This document shows positions 62,585 to 64,000 of a stretch of DNA of 64,000 nucleotides, in pieces (position 1 is the first letter of the stretch; each line of letters starts with the position of its first letter). The notes beneath the pieces were generated by a model. The model saw only the letters and a list, made by a program, of their open reading frames with translations. It searched no databases and was not told the origin of the DNA. Source of the stretch: Malacoraja senta (lineage: Eukaryota); assembly GCA_038087875.1 (NCBI GenBank), contig CM076002.1, forward strand, positions 1 to 64,000, given 5' to 3'. The position numbers and the translations under genes were made by a program.

Positions 62585-64000
62585 TGGGAATTGTTCATGG
62601 AAAAGTGTTAGAAGTCAAGAAACTCGATATGTAAACAAGCTAACAAATTAATTGAAAAGCTGAAGGAGCTCATGAAATCAGATTAAAATGCGAAAGAAGT
62701 ACAATCTAACCGGGTTCAATTAAGCAAGCTCTGTAATGAAGTCAGAGAAAAGCACGAGTTATTGATGAAAGTACCACTGCCTGAAAAGGAGCTTGAAAAG
62801 CAAAATCGTGGTTTCAACAAAGAATGGAAGCTTTTAATGGTTCTATACAAGATGTCGAGAGGTGGTTATCTGGTTGGACAGCAAACTACACACCTCACCG
62901 CTGAAAGTTTCATACAACAGAGTGTTGTAGAATCGGAAGAAATCAGACCTGAAGACAGTGTTTCAAATGTCTCAAAACTAAAATCAGGCCACAAATCTAG
63001 GTCGTCATCATGTGCAACTTCAACGCCCTCTGCTGGATTAAAGCTCAGGCAGATATGGCTGCTCTTTTGGAATGGGCTGCTGCCATGAAAAAGAAGCACA
63101 AGCTTGAGGCACAAGAGGAACAATTGAAAAGAGAGACTAAGGCACAAGAGGAACAATTGAAAAGAGAGAAGGAGCAATTGAAAAGAGAGACTAAGGCACA
63201 AGAGGAACAATTGAAAAGAGAGAAGGAGCAATTGAAAAGAGAGACTGAGGCCCAAGAGGAACAATTCAATAAAGAGATGGAACTGCTGGAACTAGGGATG
63301 GAGCTGGCAGTAGCCAATGCAAGGATCAATGTACTTGAGGCCAAGAGATCAAGAAGAAGTGGGCACACAGTAGGGTGGTGTCCACAAATCAGGAAGAAGG
63401 GGCACAGAGAAAAGATAGACTTCTTAAAGGAGAAGGGAGTCTGCTTTGGATGTTTGAAGATAGGACACATGAGCAAAGACTGCAAGAGTCGTATGACTTG
63501 TAATGTGTGCAATCAAGATCATCCTGAAATATTTCACATTGAACAAAAGAATAAAGAGAAGAAACCAGAGCATACAGAACAGAATGAGAAGCCAACTGTG
63601 AGGAATGCTGTTTCCTCACCTCATATGTTTGGGCATATTGGGGCCGGTGATGAAACCCGCATCTTCTCCATTGTACCAGTACATGTAAAGGGCCACAAGG
63701 GGGACACAGTGTTACAAACATACGCATTTTTGGATCATGGAAGCTTGATGAGAAGGCTGAACATTACAGGACAAAAGACCAATATTCTCTTGCGTACCCT
63801 GAACCAAATGAAGTCTGTGATCAGTCATCATATCTCAGGTTTGGAAATATCTAGTCTGGACAAGGACGATTTTATTCAACTATCTGATGTGTTCACGCAT
63901 AAGACTATGTCTGTTTCTCAGCTAAACATCCACAGACAGGAAGACCTGATACAATGGCCTTACTTGAAGGATATCAAGATTCCTAAAATAGACTCTGGCA
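62585..64000 (+). mobile_element. BEL/Pao LTR retrotransposon gag-protease remnant (runs off window)
   Basis: EEIRPEDSVSNV, K/E coiled-coil repeats, zinc knuckles CFGCLKIGHMSKDC-KSRMT-CNVCNQDHPEIFH, aspartic protease-like TYAFLDHGS. Confidence 0.85.

Overview
Eukaryotic, repeat-rich vertebrate DNA. The CR1/Rex1/L2 LINEs and SINE types suggest a cartilaginous fish, probably a skate or ray (inference). Two host genes sit tail-to-tail. NOP56 (+) has 12 coding exons from ATG 10231 to TGA 31669; they join into a clean 1671-nt CDS (556 aa). Its introns carry six snoRNAs: two SNORD110 copies, SNORA51, a SNORD86-like C/D RNA, SNORD56 and SNORD57. IDH3B (-) spans about 47672 to 37271; exons 5-7 are absent, probably lost in a 200-N gap, and exon 2 was not found. 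The rest is transposon-derived: CR1, Rex1/Babar and L2 fragments, SINEs, Penelope-like ends with hammerhead-like cores, non-autonomous DNA elements, a degenerate Helitron Rep-helicase (about 48.6-59.9 kb) with nested LINEs including a CR1 with an 886-codon open frame, and the start of a BEL/Pao LTR element. The most interesting observations are: an apparently conserved snoRD86/NMD autoregulatory module in NOP56 intron 8, a duplicated SNORD110, an in-frame duplicated exon-8 acceptor, an altered SNORD57 D box, and dispersed minimal hammerhead-like motifs. Comparisons with human sequences are from memory; no search was run.
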